This document shows, one piece after another, positions 18,635 through 27,452 of a stretch of DNA of 40,764 nt. The notes beneath the pieces were generated by a model that was given only the letters and a program-made list of their open reading frames with translations, was not told the origin of the DNA and searched no databases. Source of the DNA: Patescibacteria group bacterium UBA1396 (lineage in GTDB: Bacteria; Patescibacteriota; Microgenomatia; UBA1400; UBA1396); assembly GCA_002305195.1 (NCBI GenBank), contig DBQK01000009.1, forward strand, positions 18,811-59,574, in the 5' to 3' direction. Position 1 is the stretch's first letter; every line of letters begins with the position of its first letter. Both the position numbers and the translations under genes were made by a program.

Positions 18635-19948
18635 ATGAAGGGTGGGGAAGTGATAATTAATGATTTAATCGAAAAAGAAAAAAAACGTCAGAACGATACA
18701 ATTCAACTGATTCCTTCCGAAAATCACACCACACCAGCCGTGATGGAAGCGGTTGGCTCGTGCTTAATGAATAAATATTCAGAGGGGTATCCAGGCAGGC
18801 GTTATTATGAGGGCAATGAAATTATCGATGAAATTGAAAGATTAGCTATTGATAATGCTAAAAAATTATTCGGTGTGCCTCACGCTAACGTTCAACCTTA
18901 TAGTGGCAGTCCGGCTAATGCCGCTATTTTAATGGCTTTACTCGAAGCAGGCGATACGATTATGGGTTTGAAATTAAGTGGTGGTGGCCACTTAACTCAT
19001 GGTCATCCTCAAGTGACTTTTAGCGGCAAGTTTTTTAAATCAGTGCAGTTTGGTTTAGATGAGAAGAATGCCCGAATTGACATTAAAAAAGTGGCTGAAT
19101 TAGCCAGCCAACATCGGCCAAAGTTAATGATTATTGGCAACACGGCTTATCCGTTTGAGCTTTATTTTGATCAGTTTGCCAAGATTGCTGATGAAATCGG
19201 AGCCTGGTTGGTAGCAGATATTTCTCACGTTGCTGGTTTAGTGGTGGCGGGTGAACATCCTGATCCTGTACCACACGCTCATATAGTGATGACCACTACG
19301 CATAAAACTCTTCGTGGCCCGCGTGGAGCTATGATTCTGGTTACGGAAAAAGGTTTGCAAAGAGACCCTGATTTAGGTGGCAAAATCGACCGAGCTGTAT
19401 TTCCTGGATTACAAGGCGGTCCACACAATAACACAACGGCCGGTATTGCTGTTGCTTTAGAAGAAGCCTTACAACCACCTTTTAAAACGTATGCCAAACA
19501 AATTAGATTAAACGCCAAGGTGTTAGCCGCCGCCCTACAAGAAAAAGGTTTGCAAATTGTTGGTGGTGGTACACAGACCCACTTAATGATTATTGACCTT
19601 AGAAACTGGGGCGGCGGCACCCAACTGGCAGCCGCCATGGCCGCGGCCGGCTTATTCGCTAACAAAAACACAGTACCGGATGAACCGCACTCACCGTTTT
19701 ATCCCTCTGGTGTGCGAATCGGTACGCCGGCCGTTACCACCAGAGGTATGCAAGAAAAGGAGATGGAACAGATCGCTGCTTGGATAGCTGAGATCGAGAG
19801 CTTAACCAAAAAGTTTAGCTTACCAAGCGACAAACTTGAAAGAAGGCAACTGGTTAAAGAAGTTAAACAATGGGCTGCTCAGCAAGCAAGACTTAAGGAA
19901 ATCAGGGAAGAGGTTGGTGAGTTATGTCGCCAGTTTCCGGTGGCTTAA
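18635..19948 (+). CDS. glyA: serine hydroxymethyltransferase
   Basis: LIPSEN, NKYSEGYPGRRYY, GGHLTHG, TTTHKTLRGPRG; alternative GTG start at 18650. Confidence 0.98.
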   Translation: MKGGEVIINDLIEKEKKRQNDTIQLIPSENHTTPAVMEAVGSCLMNKYSEGYPGRRYYEGNEIIDEIERLAIDNAKKLFGVPHANVQPYSGSPANAAILMALLEAGDTIMGLKLSGGGHLTHGHPQVTFSGKFFKSVQFGLDEKNARIDIKKVAELASQHRPKLMIIGNTAYPFELYFDQFAKIADEIGAWLVADISHVAGLVVAGEHPDPVPHAHIVMTTTHKTLRGPRGAMILVTEKGLQRDPDLGGKIDRAVFPGLQGGPHNNTTAGIAVALEEALQPPFKTYAKQIRLNAKVLAAALQEKGLQIVGGGTQTHLMIIDLRNWGGGTQLAAAMAAAGLFANKNTVPDEPHSPFYPSGVRIGTPAVTTRGMQEKEMEQIAAWIAEIESLTKKFSLPSDKLERRQLVKEVKQWAAQQARLKEIREEVGELCRQFPVA

Positions 19949-20033
19949 GTAGTTCTTTATTATCAGTGAGACAGCTTTTTAATAGCAGGTTTTGTAGTGT
20001 TTTGATAATTAGAGCAACTAGTAAAGGAGAGCT

Positions 20034-20876
20034 GTGACCAAAAGAGTAGTGGGAGCACATTTATCTGTTGCTGGTGGTTTAAATAAAGGAGTCGATCGGG
20101 CAGTAGCCATCAAGGCAAATGCACTACAGATTTTTGCTGGTTCGCCGCGCAGTTGGCAGCCCAAAACGATAGTACCGGCTGAGTTAAAAGATTTTAAAAA
20201 ATACGCTTTTGATAATCAAGTTCGGACTTTATTCATTCACGCTTTATATCTTATCAATCTTGCCAGCGATAATAAAGAAATTGTTCAAAAATCAATAAAA
20301 TTGCTTATACATAATTTAAAAATAGGTGACTATTTTGGTTGTCAAGGTGTAGTGGTGCATTTGGGTTCTCATCAAGGTAGGGGTTGGGAGGCTAGCAAAG
20401 ACAGACTAATATTGCTAATTAAAAAAGTACTGCAGGAATCAGGTGGCCAAACACCTCTTTTGCTCGAAAACTCGGCGGGTCAGAAGGGTAAACTCAACTC
20501 TGAATTAGGTGAGATTCGCTGGCTAATAGATCAAGTTGGCGATCAACGTTTAGGCTGGTGTTACGATACATGCCACGGGTGGGCGGCTGGTTACAGTCCA
20601 ACTCAGGGCAGCCAGAATCCTTTAACAGAAATTGAAAGACTTGACTTGTGGGACTCTCTTAAGTGTTTGCACGTTAATGACTCGCGAGATGAATTAGGTA
20701 GTGGTCGAGATCGGCACGACAATATTGGTGAAGGGAAAATTCCAACAGAGGATTTTGTACAGATTTTAAATCATCCCAAGCTGAGATCAGTTCCGATTAT
20801 TACCGAAGCGCCTGGTTTTGATGGCAATGGTCCTGATGCTGAAAATATTAGTCGCATTAGACAGCTATTAAAGTAG
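20034..20876 (+). CDS. nfo: endonuclease IV
   Basis: GAHLSVAGG, HALYLINLAS, LLENSAG, CYDTCH, HVNDS, DRHDNIG; AAGGAG before GTG. Confidence 0.96.
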   Translation: MTKRVVGAHLSVAGGLNKGVDRAVAIKANALQIFAGSPRSWQPKTIVPAELKDFKKYAFDNQVRTLFIHALYLINLASDNKEIVQKSIKLLIHNLKIGDYFGCQGVVVHLGSHQGRGWEASKDRLILLIKKVLQESGGQTPLLLENSAGQKGKLNSELGEIRWLIDQVGDQRLGWCYDTCHGWAAGYSPTQGSQNPLTEIERLDLWDSLKCLHVNDSRDELGSGRDRHDNIGEGKIPTEDFVQILNHPKLRSVPIITEAPGFDGNGPDAENISRIRQLLK

Positions 20877-20978
20877 GTTGCTTTGGGTAGTGTGATTGGT
20901 TATCGACAATTTAATTTGGAGTATATTTGAGGTGGTATATATCTAACAAACTCAGTTAGCCTGGTACAATAAGGTTAA

Positions 20979-22052
20979 ATGAAGTCAACTAACTCATCTC
21001 CAGCCACTAGTGGTCAACCAATAGTTTTGTTTCAGGCCTCGGATCGACGCGAGCCGCCAACGATGTCTAGTCAAGTTATTGCTAGACAGTCTGGTTTCAA
21101 TCAAATTGCGGAAAGGAAATTTGATGGTCGAGCCTTTGCTCAAAATAAACTTGACTTGGTTAGGCGGCGAGTCCTCAATTGGCAAAAAAATCACCATCGA
21201 CCGTTAGTGATTGCCTCATTTTATCCCAAAGAAGATACTGCCAGCGTAATTTATACCAGACTCAAACGCGAAGACGCTATGTTGGTGGGCGTTGAATATC
21301 AAAGTGTGGGACTATCTCTCTCGGACGGTAGACACACTTGGTTGCGACATATTATGTCGGCCAATCAAGATAAAAAAGTTCACGCAGTGATGGTGCAAAA
21401 ACCAGCCGCGCAGGCTTATCAGCAGCATTGGGAAAAAATAAGTCAACTAGAACCTGATGGTAATAAGTTACCGTTTTCTTCTTGGTGGCAGAATTTGGCT
21501 GAGGCAATTGCACCAGAAAAGGATATCGATGGTTTAGCACCAATGACTTTATTTAAATTGGAAAAGGAAGCGGAAAGGGTGGCGGCCGGCCGGAGGCCGG
21601 CCGCCACATCCCTACACAACTTTTTATTACCGGCTACCGCCCAAGCAGTTATCGATATTTGTCTGGCCGCGGCCGGCTCGTTAGCCAACCTTCGTCAATT
21701 CAAGGTGGCCGTTATTGGTCGATCAGTGATTGTTGGTCGGCCGGCCGCGGCCGGTCTCCAATTGCTTGGAGTTAAGACCGATCTGCTTTCCAGCCAGTCA
21801 AATTTAGCTAAAAAATTATCTGACTACCAAGTAATTATTAGTGCTACCGGTAAATCAGGATTAATATCAGCTCAAATGATTAGGGCAAATAGTATTTTGA
21901 TTGATGTTGGCGCACCTAAGCCAGAATTTCAATCTGATTGTTATACCAAAGCTGCGTTCTATACGCCAGTGCCCAACGGTGTTGGACCGGTAACAAGAGC
22001 CTGTTTGCTAGAGAACTTATTTAAATTACAGACTCTTAATTTAAACAGCTAA
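20979..22052 (+). CDS. folD: methylene-THF dehydrogenase/cyclohydrolase, divergent
   Basis: YTRLK, KDIDG, VIGRSVIVGRP, IDVG and TPVPNGVGPVT. Confidence 0.9.
   Translation: MKSTNSSPATSGQPIVLFQASDRREPPTMSSQVIARQSGFNQIAERKFDGRAFAQNKLDLVRRRVLNWQKNHHRPLVIASFYPKEDTASVIYTRLKREDAMLVGVEYQSVGLSLSDGRHTWLRHIMSANQDKKVHAVMVQKPAAQAYQQHWEKISQLEPDGNKLPFSSWWQNLAEAIAPEKDIDGLAPMTLFKLEKEAERVAAGRRPAATSLHNFLLPATAQAVIDICLAAAGSLANLRQFKVAVIGRSVIVGRPAAAGLQLLGVKTDLLSSQSNLAKKLSDYQVIISATGKSGLISAQMIRANSILIDVGAPKPEFQSDCYTKAAFYTPVPNGVGPVTRACLLENLFKLQTLNLNS
21579..21607. repeat. perfect intragenic GC inverted repeat, 13-bp arms, 3-nt loop
   Basis: GTGGCGGCCGGCC-GGA-GGCCGGCCGCCAC. Confidence 0.95.
21665..21752. repeat. perfect intragenic GC inverted repeat, 13-bp arms, 62-nt spacer
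   Basis: GGCCGCGGCCGGC (21665-21677) and GCCGGCCGCGGCC (21740-21752). Confidence 0.88.
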
Positions 22053-22070
22053 TTCAATTAACTTCAGATG

Positions 22071-22203
22071 TGTTACAATACCCGTCTAAAACAAAACTAA
22101 CACCTCAGGAAAAATCATCCTGCTTGTTAATAAACCACGTTACTCATTGAGTTTTTGTAACTGGGAATAACTAAGTTACCTGGGGGAGGTGAAAGGAGAA
22201 AAA
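22071..22203 (+). promoter_or_regulatory. rpsB promoter (extended -10) and structured 5' leader
   Basis: TGTTACAAT at 22071-22079; complementary pairs CACCTC/GAGGTG, CAGGA/TCCTG, GTTAC/GTAAC; SD AAGGAG at 22193-22198. Confidence 0.6.
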
Positions 22204-23226
22204 ATGGCTACGAAAGCTAAAGATACTCAGGCTAGTGAACAAGAAGCTGAAAAAAAATCAGCTAAAGCTAAGACAAAATCGGGTAAGACAGAAAAACCCT
22301 CAGTTGCTAAGGCTGTAAAAAAAACTTCCGCTAAGAAAACTACTGAATCCACCACAACTAAGGTGAAGGCTAAGGCAACCAAAAAAACTGTTAAGCCAGC
22401 TGTCAAGGTTGCTGTTGAGTCTGCGCCTAATGTTGACAGCCAAACTGCCAAATCGGAAAAATCAGCCGATGAGGCAAAAGAGCAGCCAACAGCTAAAGTT
22501 GAAGCTGATAATGCAAAAAGCACCGCTGTTTCTCCAGATCAAATTGATCTAAAAGCCCTGTTGGAAGCTGGAGTTCATTTTGGTCACCAAACGCAACGCT
22601 GGAACCCAAGAATGCGTGAGTATATTTATACCGAACGCGACGGAATTCATATTTTTGATTTAGTCAAAACAGCCCAGAAACTACAAGAGGCAATGAATTT
22701 TGCCAGACAACTTGGCAAGCAAGGTAAGACTTTAATTTTTATCGGCACCAAGCGCCAATCTCAGGAAATTATTAAAGAACACGCTAGCCAAGCTGGCGCG
22801 ATGTATATCGTAACTCGTTGGCTAGGCGGTTTTTTAACCAACTGGGATCAGGTTTCAAAATCAATCAAACGAATGAACCAAATCTACAGCGGTTTGGAAA
22901 GCGGTAAGTACGACAAATATACAAAATTTGAGCAGGTTCAACTTCGCAAGGAAGCCGATCGACTGTCTCGCTTTTTAGAAGGTGTTAAAGATCTCAAGAC
23001 AGTTCCAGATGCTTTATTTTTAGCTGATATTACGGTGGATCAAGTGGCGGTTAAGGAAGCAAAAATCGCTGGTGTTCCGGTGATGGCGATTGTCGATAGT
23101 AACGCTAATCCAGATTTGGTTGATATTGCCATTCCAGGTAATGATGATGCCGTGTCATCGATTACGATTTTAACTTCAATGGTGGCTCAAGCCTACGCCG
23201 AAGGTCGTCAGTCGCGAACCAAATAA
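22204..23226 (+). CDS. rpsB: 30S ribosomal protein uS2 with long N-terminal extension
   Basis: LLEAGVHFGHQ..RWNP.M, RWLGGFLTN, IPGNDDA; ATG at 22204 with SD. Confidence 0.97.
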   Translation: MATKAKDTQASEQEAEKKSAKAKTKSGKTEKPSVAKAVKKTSAKKTTESTTTKVKAKATKKTVKPAVKVAVESAPNVDSQTAKSEKSADEAKEQPTAKVEADNAKSTAVSPDQIDLKALLEAGVHFGHQTQRWNPRMREYIYTERDGIHIFDLVKTAQKLQEAMNFARQLGKQGKTLIFIGTKRQSQEIIKEHASQAGAMYIVTRWLGGFLTNWDQVSKSIKRMNQIYSGLESGKYDKYTKFEQVQLRKEADRLSRFLEGVKDLKTVPDALFLADITVDQVAVKEAKIAGVPVMAIVDSNANPDLVDIAIPGNDDAVSSITILTSMVAQAYAEGRQSRTK

Positions 23227-23308
23227 AAATTCGCTAGATAGATTAGTATAAGTTAATATTAATCAAGAAAAATTAACCATGACGCTATAAGCAAAATCAA
23301 GGAGAAAT

Positions 23309-23761
23309 ATGTCAGTATCAGCAACCGATATTAAAAAATTAAGAGAAGAAACCGGAGCCGGAGTAATGGATGTCAAAAAAGCTCTGGAAGAGGCCAACGG
23401 CAAGCTAGATCAAGCTCGCGAACTAATTCGTGAACGAGGTTTAGCAAAAGCAGCCAAAAAAGCTGATCGAGAAACCAAAGAAGGTTTTATCGGTGCTTAT
23501 GTTCACAATACCGGTAAGGTGGCGGCATTTGTTAGTCTCTTGTGTGAGACCGATTTTGTAGCTAGGAATGAGCAGTTTCAAACAGTGGCGCGCGAGCTTG
23601 CTATGCAGGTTGCCAGTATGAAGCCCGAATCGGTCGATGATTTATTAGAGCAGGACTACATTCGCGACCCCAAGAGGAAAATCAATGAAATAATTAAAGA
23701 GTTAGCTGGTAAGGTTGGCGAAAATATTCAAGTTGGTCAAATCAAACTACTTGAGATTTAA
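23309..23761 (+). CDS. tsf: elongation factor Ts, short form
   Basis: IKKLREETGAGVMDVKKAL and CETDFVARN. Confidence 0.96.
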   Translation: MSVSATDIKKLREETGAGVMDVKKALEEANGKLDQARELIRERGLAKAAKKADRETKEGFIGAYVHNTGKVAAFVSLLCETDFVARNEQFQTVARELAMQVASMKPESVDDLLEQDYIRDPKRKINEIIKELAGKVGENIQVGQIKLLEI

Positions 23762-23777
23762 TTTCTTGGTTTAAAAT

Positions 23778-24677
23778 TTATTGTCGGTACCGATTGCCAA
23801 TAACAACAACCATTCTCAGTAGTAACCAGATAAACCAGAAAGAGTAGTAGATTTTTTCTGGATAAATTAGTCGTTGTAAAAGAAATATTTCCTCAGTAAT
23901 GACAAGTAGGACTATGCCTACTTTGAAGTTAGCCGAAAATTTGCTTGAAGAACCACTCAGTTGCATTACTGGTTGAAGTAGCCAGAAAACCACAGCCATT
24001 AAGCTCAGGCGCCAAATTGGTTTGAGTAAAAGATGCCAAGTAACCAGACTAAACCACAACGAAGTTTTAAGCTCATCTGTCAGTTTTTGCCAGTGAGGTT
24101 GAAAGTTTACTAATGAACTTTTGTTGATAACAAAGTAACTTTCCTGAAATACTTCTGACCAAGCATAGTTGTGACCAAATTCACCAAAGTTAATAATTAA
24201 ATGTTTCTGGCTAAAGGTCAGTAAGCCGTATTGATGTAGCTGACTATCGGACATTTGATTTTGTAGCTCATAATGTGGGTCAATTTTGATTAAGGCATTA
24301 GGCCAGGGAGGTTGTAGTTCCAAATAATTCGGGAAGTTGATTAGCAGGGGTTGATCGAAATTGGCTGTTAAAAAACCATCGTTAATTTGTATCTCAGCTT
24401 CCTGTGGCCACTGATCAAGAACTTCTTGCCAAGTTTGATCAATATTTTTTTGCCATTTTGGCCAGGTTACAACTTCAAATTGGGTTAAATAAAAAGCTGC
24501 TAACAATAGATAAGTAATCAGCAAATAGTAGATTAATTTTCGATATTGATACTTTTTAATCTCTGAATATAAACTAAGATCGATGTGAGAGCGCTGCCAG
24601 ATTAAAAAGATCTGATAAAAACCCAATTTCACTGCCAAATTTTTCCCCAACTGTCTCCAATTTAGTTTGCCTAGCAT
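23778..24677 (-). CDS. hypothetical membrane protein (possibly DUF1189-like)
   Basis: One N-terminal TM, soluble domain, then three C-terminal TMs. Confidence 0.6.
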   Translation of the reverse strand: MLGKLNWRQLGKNLAVKLGFYQIFLIWQRSHIDLSLYSEIKKYQYRKLIYYLLITYLLLAAFYLTQFEVVTWPKWQKNIDQTWQEVLDQWPQEAEIQINDGFLTANFDQPLLINFPNYLELQPPWPNALIKIDPHYELQNQMSDSQLHQYGLLTFSQKHLIINFGEFGHNYAWSEVFQESYFVINKSSLVNFQPHWQKLTDELKTSLWFSLVTWHLLLKPIWRLSLMAVVFWLLQPVMQLSGSSSKFSANFKVGIVLLVITEEIFLLQRLIYPEKIYYSFWFIWLLLRMVVVIGNRYRQ

Positions 24678-24755
24678 AAACCTATTGTACTTGATAAGAT
24701 AACGACTAATAGTTAATAGCCGTAAAATGCTAAAAAAATGGGCCAGGAAGGGAAT

Positions 24756-25310
24756 ATGCTAGATGATTTTCAAGCTAAAGCTGAGAAAGTAATTAACCAC
24801 TTCAAAGATGAGCTGAGGCAAATAAGAACCGGTCGTGCACAACCAGCTTTAGTTGAAGGCGTGGTAGTTGAAGTAGAAAGCTATGGCGGCGCTAAGATGC
24901 GTTTACAGGATTTGGCTACGATTTCCGCACCTGAAGCTTCATTACTCTTGGTCCAACCTTTTGACCCATCTGTAATTAAGGACATCGAACGTGCCTTACA
25001 CGCCGCTAATCTTGGTTTGTCCCCAGCGACTGATCAACAGGTGATTCGTTTAGTAATGCCGCCTTTAACGGCTGAACGCCGCCAACAAATGATCAAATTA
25101 GTTGCTCAAAAAGTTGAAGAAACAAGGATAGCAATTAGAAATCTGCGCACCCAAATTAAGGAAGAGATTGAATCGCAGGCAGACGAGGGTGGCGTTAGCG
25201 AAGATGACATTAAGCGACAAGTTGAACAGTTGCAAAATGAAGTCGACAAGCTAAATGAGCAAATTGAGCAGCTCAAAGTTGAGAAGGAAGCCGAGCTAAC
25301 GACCGTGTAG
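24756..25310 (+). CDS. frr: ribosome recycling factor
   Basis: IRTGRA, IERAL..ANLGLSP, PPLTAERRQ, AIRNLR; start at 24756 or 24738. Confidence 0.96.
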   Translation: MLDDFQAKAEKVINHFKDELRQIRTGRAQPALVEGVVVEVESYGGAKMRLQDLATISAPEASLLLVQPFDPSVIKDIERALHAANLGLSPATDQQVIRLVMPPLTAERRQQMIKLVAQKVEETRIAIRNLRTQIKEEIESQADEGGVSEDDIKRQVEQLQNEVDKLNEQIEQLKVEKEAELTTV

Positions 25311-25320
25311 AATAGGTCAC

Positions 25321-26475
25321 ATGTCTTGGATGTTAATTTTTTTAACTCTCGCTTGGTTTCTCGTTTTATTGTCGTTTTTGGTGCTAATTCACGAACTAGG
25401 TCATTTTTTAGCCGCCAAATTTGTTGGTGTCAGAGTTGAGGAGTTCGGTTTGGGTTATCCGCCTAGACTGCGACGACTTTTTGAATATAAAGGGACAATT
25501 TTTTCCCTAAATGCTTTGCCTTTTGGCGGGTTTGTCAAGCTTTTTGGTGATGAGAGTGATAATTTAGCCTCAGATGCTCATACCGAACCTGAAAAATCTA
25601 CCAAATCAATCACTCAGGCAAATAGAAAACAGATGTTTTCACACCAACCGATTAAAAGTCGATTATTAGTTATTTTAGCTGGGGTAGTGGTTAATTTTGT
25701 GTTTGGTGTAACAGCCTTTGCTTTTATTTACTCCAAAATTGGTGTTCCGACTTTAACCGGCCAAGTGGAGATTATTGAGGTGGTGCCGGAATCACCGGCG
25801 CAAGAAGCTGGTTTACAAGTGGGGGAGGTTATTAAACAGGTTGAGATTAATAATCAACAACTAGCTCCTAAAACAGCCCAAGACTTTATTGAGTTTGCCA
25901 GCAATTATCAAGGTGAAAATTTAAATTTGTTGATCCAAACTGATGAACAGCAAAAACAAGTGTCTGTTTATGTTCGCACATCAGAGGAAATTCAACCTGG
26001 AAAAGGAGCAATTGGGATAGCTTTAAAGGATAGTGAGTTAAGGTTTTATCCTTGGTGGCAGATGCCCTGGCGTGGTATGGTGGCTGGCCTGCTTGAAGCT
26101 ATCAATTTTGGCTGGCTGATTTTGCACGCCTTTGGTCAAATGCTGTCGCAATTATTTTTTAACGGCAATGTTCCTCAGGACTTAGCTGGTCCGGTAGGTA
26201 TTGTGGATCAGGCTATTGAGGTGGAGATTATTAAACAAGGCTGGTTGGGCACGTTGAACGTGGCCGCTTTACTATCCATAAACTTGGCGATCGTCAATTT
26301 ATTGCCAATTCCGGCACTGGACGGCGGGCGGGCAATGTTTATTCTTGCCGAGCCGCTACTGGGAGCCGCCCGTCGACAACGCTGGGAACAAAAAGCCAAC
26401 ACGGTCGGCTTTTTGTTCCTAATAAGTTTAATTGTGTTAGTAACCATTAAGGATGTAGTTAGCGTATTCAGGTAG
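25321..26475 (+). CDS. rseP: site-2 protease RseP (M50, PDZ)
   Basis: HELGH, LPFGGFV, PDZ segment (SPAQEAGL), NLLPIPALDGG. Confidence 0.95.
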   Translation: MSWMLIFLTLAWFLVLLSFLVLIHELGHFLAAKFVGVRVEEFGLGYPPRLRRLFEYKGTIFSLNALPFGGFVKLFGDESDNLASDAHTEPEKSTKSITQANRKQMFSHQPIKSRLLVILAGVVVNFVFGVTAFAFIYSKIGVPTLTGQVEIIEVVPESPAQEAGLQVGEVIKQVEINNQQLAPKTAQDFIEFASNYQGENLNLLIQTDEQQKQVSVYVRTSEEIQPGKGAIGIALKDSELRFYPWWQMPWRGMVAGLLEAINFGWLILHAFGQMLSQLFFNGNVPQDLAGPVGIVDQAIEVEIIKQGWLGTLNVAALLSINLAIVNLLPIPALDGGRAMFILAEPLLGAARRQRWEQKANTVGFLFLISLIVLVTIKDVVSVFR

Positions 26476-26494
26476 TTAGAAAGGATTGGTTAAT

Positions 26495-27433
26495 ATGACC
26501 AGCCGCGATCAGCATCGCCAAGGCATAATCTCATTTCAAGCTGATGATTGGCAGCAAGATTATTTAAATCGGCAAGATGGGGCTAATCATTTTGTAGGTT
26601 TGAACTGGGTTGCCGGCACTTACCCTAATGGTGAGCAATGGATTCGTCTGACTACGATTCCTCAAACCAAATTGTCGGAAATACTATTTTTGGTTCGTTT
26701 CAGAGCTGATCAGGATTTATCAAAACAACTTTTTCGTTTATTACTTCTGATAGAAATTGCTCGCCATTATAGTGAGCAACTGCGTTTTTTTATGCCTTAT
26801 ATGCCATATTCATTACAGGATCGAGAGGTCAATCCTGGTGAAGCTGTTGGAGCAAAGGTTCTGATTAAATCACTAACTAGTTTGGGCTTAGATGAGATTA
26901 GCGTAGTTGATGTGCACAGTGAGCGAGATTTGCAGGACTGGGGAATTCCGGTCCATCATCTTTCGGCTGAAGATTTATTAATTGAACAAATCAAACAAGT
27001 GGTTGGTCAGGAAAAAATAGCAGTTATTGCGCCTGATGGCGGCGCAGCCAGTCGAGCTCAGAGTGTGGCTGATAAATTATCCGCCCCAGCAGTCAAACTA
27101 ACTAAAACTCGCTTGGGACCAGGTAAAGTTGAGATTTCAACTCAAAATTTGCAAGATATAGCTGCCGATCACTTCATTTTAGTTGACGATCTATTAAATA
27201 CCGGCGGCACCATGGCCGCCGCTGCTCAAACAATCAAAAATAAATTGGCTGGAAAACTAAGTATTATGGTCACCCATGGTTTATTTGCCGGCTCGGCGCT
27301 AGCCAAGCTAAACAAGTCCGGTATTGACCATCTTTTTTACACCGATTCATACCTACCAGATTTATCGGTAATCGATAAAAACGAACTTAATTGTCAACTT
27401 CACCAGGTAAGTGTGGGTAGCCTGGTTAAGTAG
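26495..27433 (+). CDS. prs: ribose-phosphate pyrophosphokinase
   Basis: YPNGE, PYMPYSLQDR, VDVHS, IAPDGG, LVDDLLNTGGT, THGLF. Confidence 0.9.
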   Translation: MTSRDQHRQGIISFQADDWQQDYLNRQDGANHFVGLNWVAGTYPNGEQWIRLTTIPQTKLSEILFLVRFRADQDLSKQLFRLLLLIEIARHYSEQLRFFMPYMPYSLQDREVNPGEAVGAKVLIKSLTSLGLDEISVVDVHSERDLQDWGIPVHHLSAEDLLIEQIKQVVGQEKIAVIAPDGGAASRAQSVADKLSAPAVKLTKTRLGPGKVEISTQNLQDIAADHFILVDDLLNTGGTMAAAAQTIKNKLAGKLSIMVTHGLFAGSALAKLNKSGIDHLFYTDSYLPDLSVIDKNELNCQLHQVSVGSLVK

Positions 27434-27452
27434 AGTAGACTAAAATAGTTTT

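Noticed and set aside
23309-23761. Short EF-Ts read as a pseudogene
   Set aside because: Short dimeric EF-Ts forms are known, and the motifs and SD are intact.
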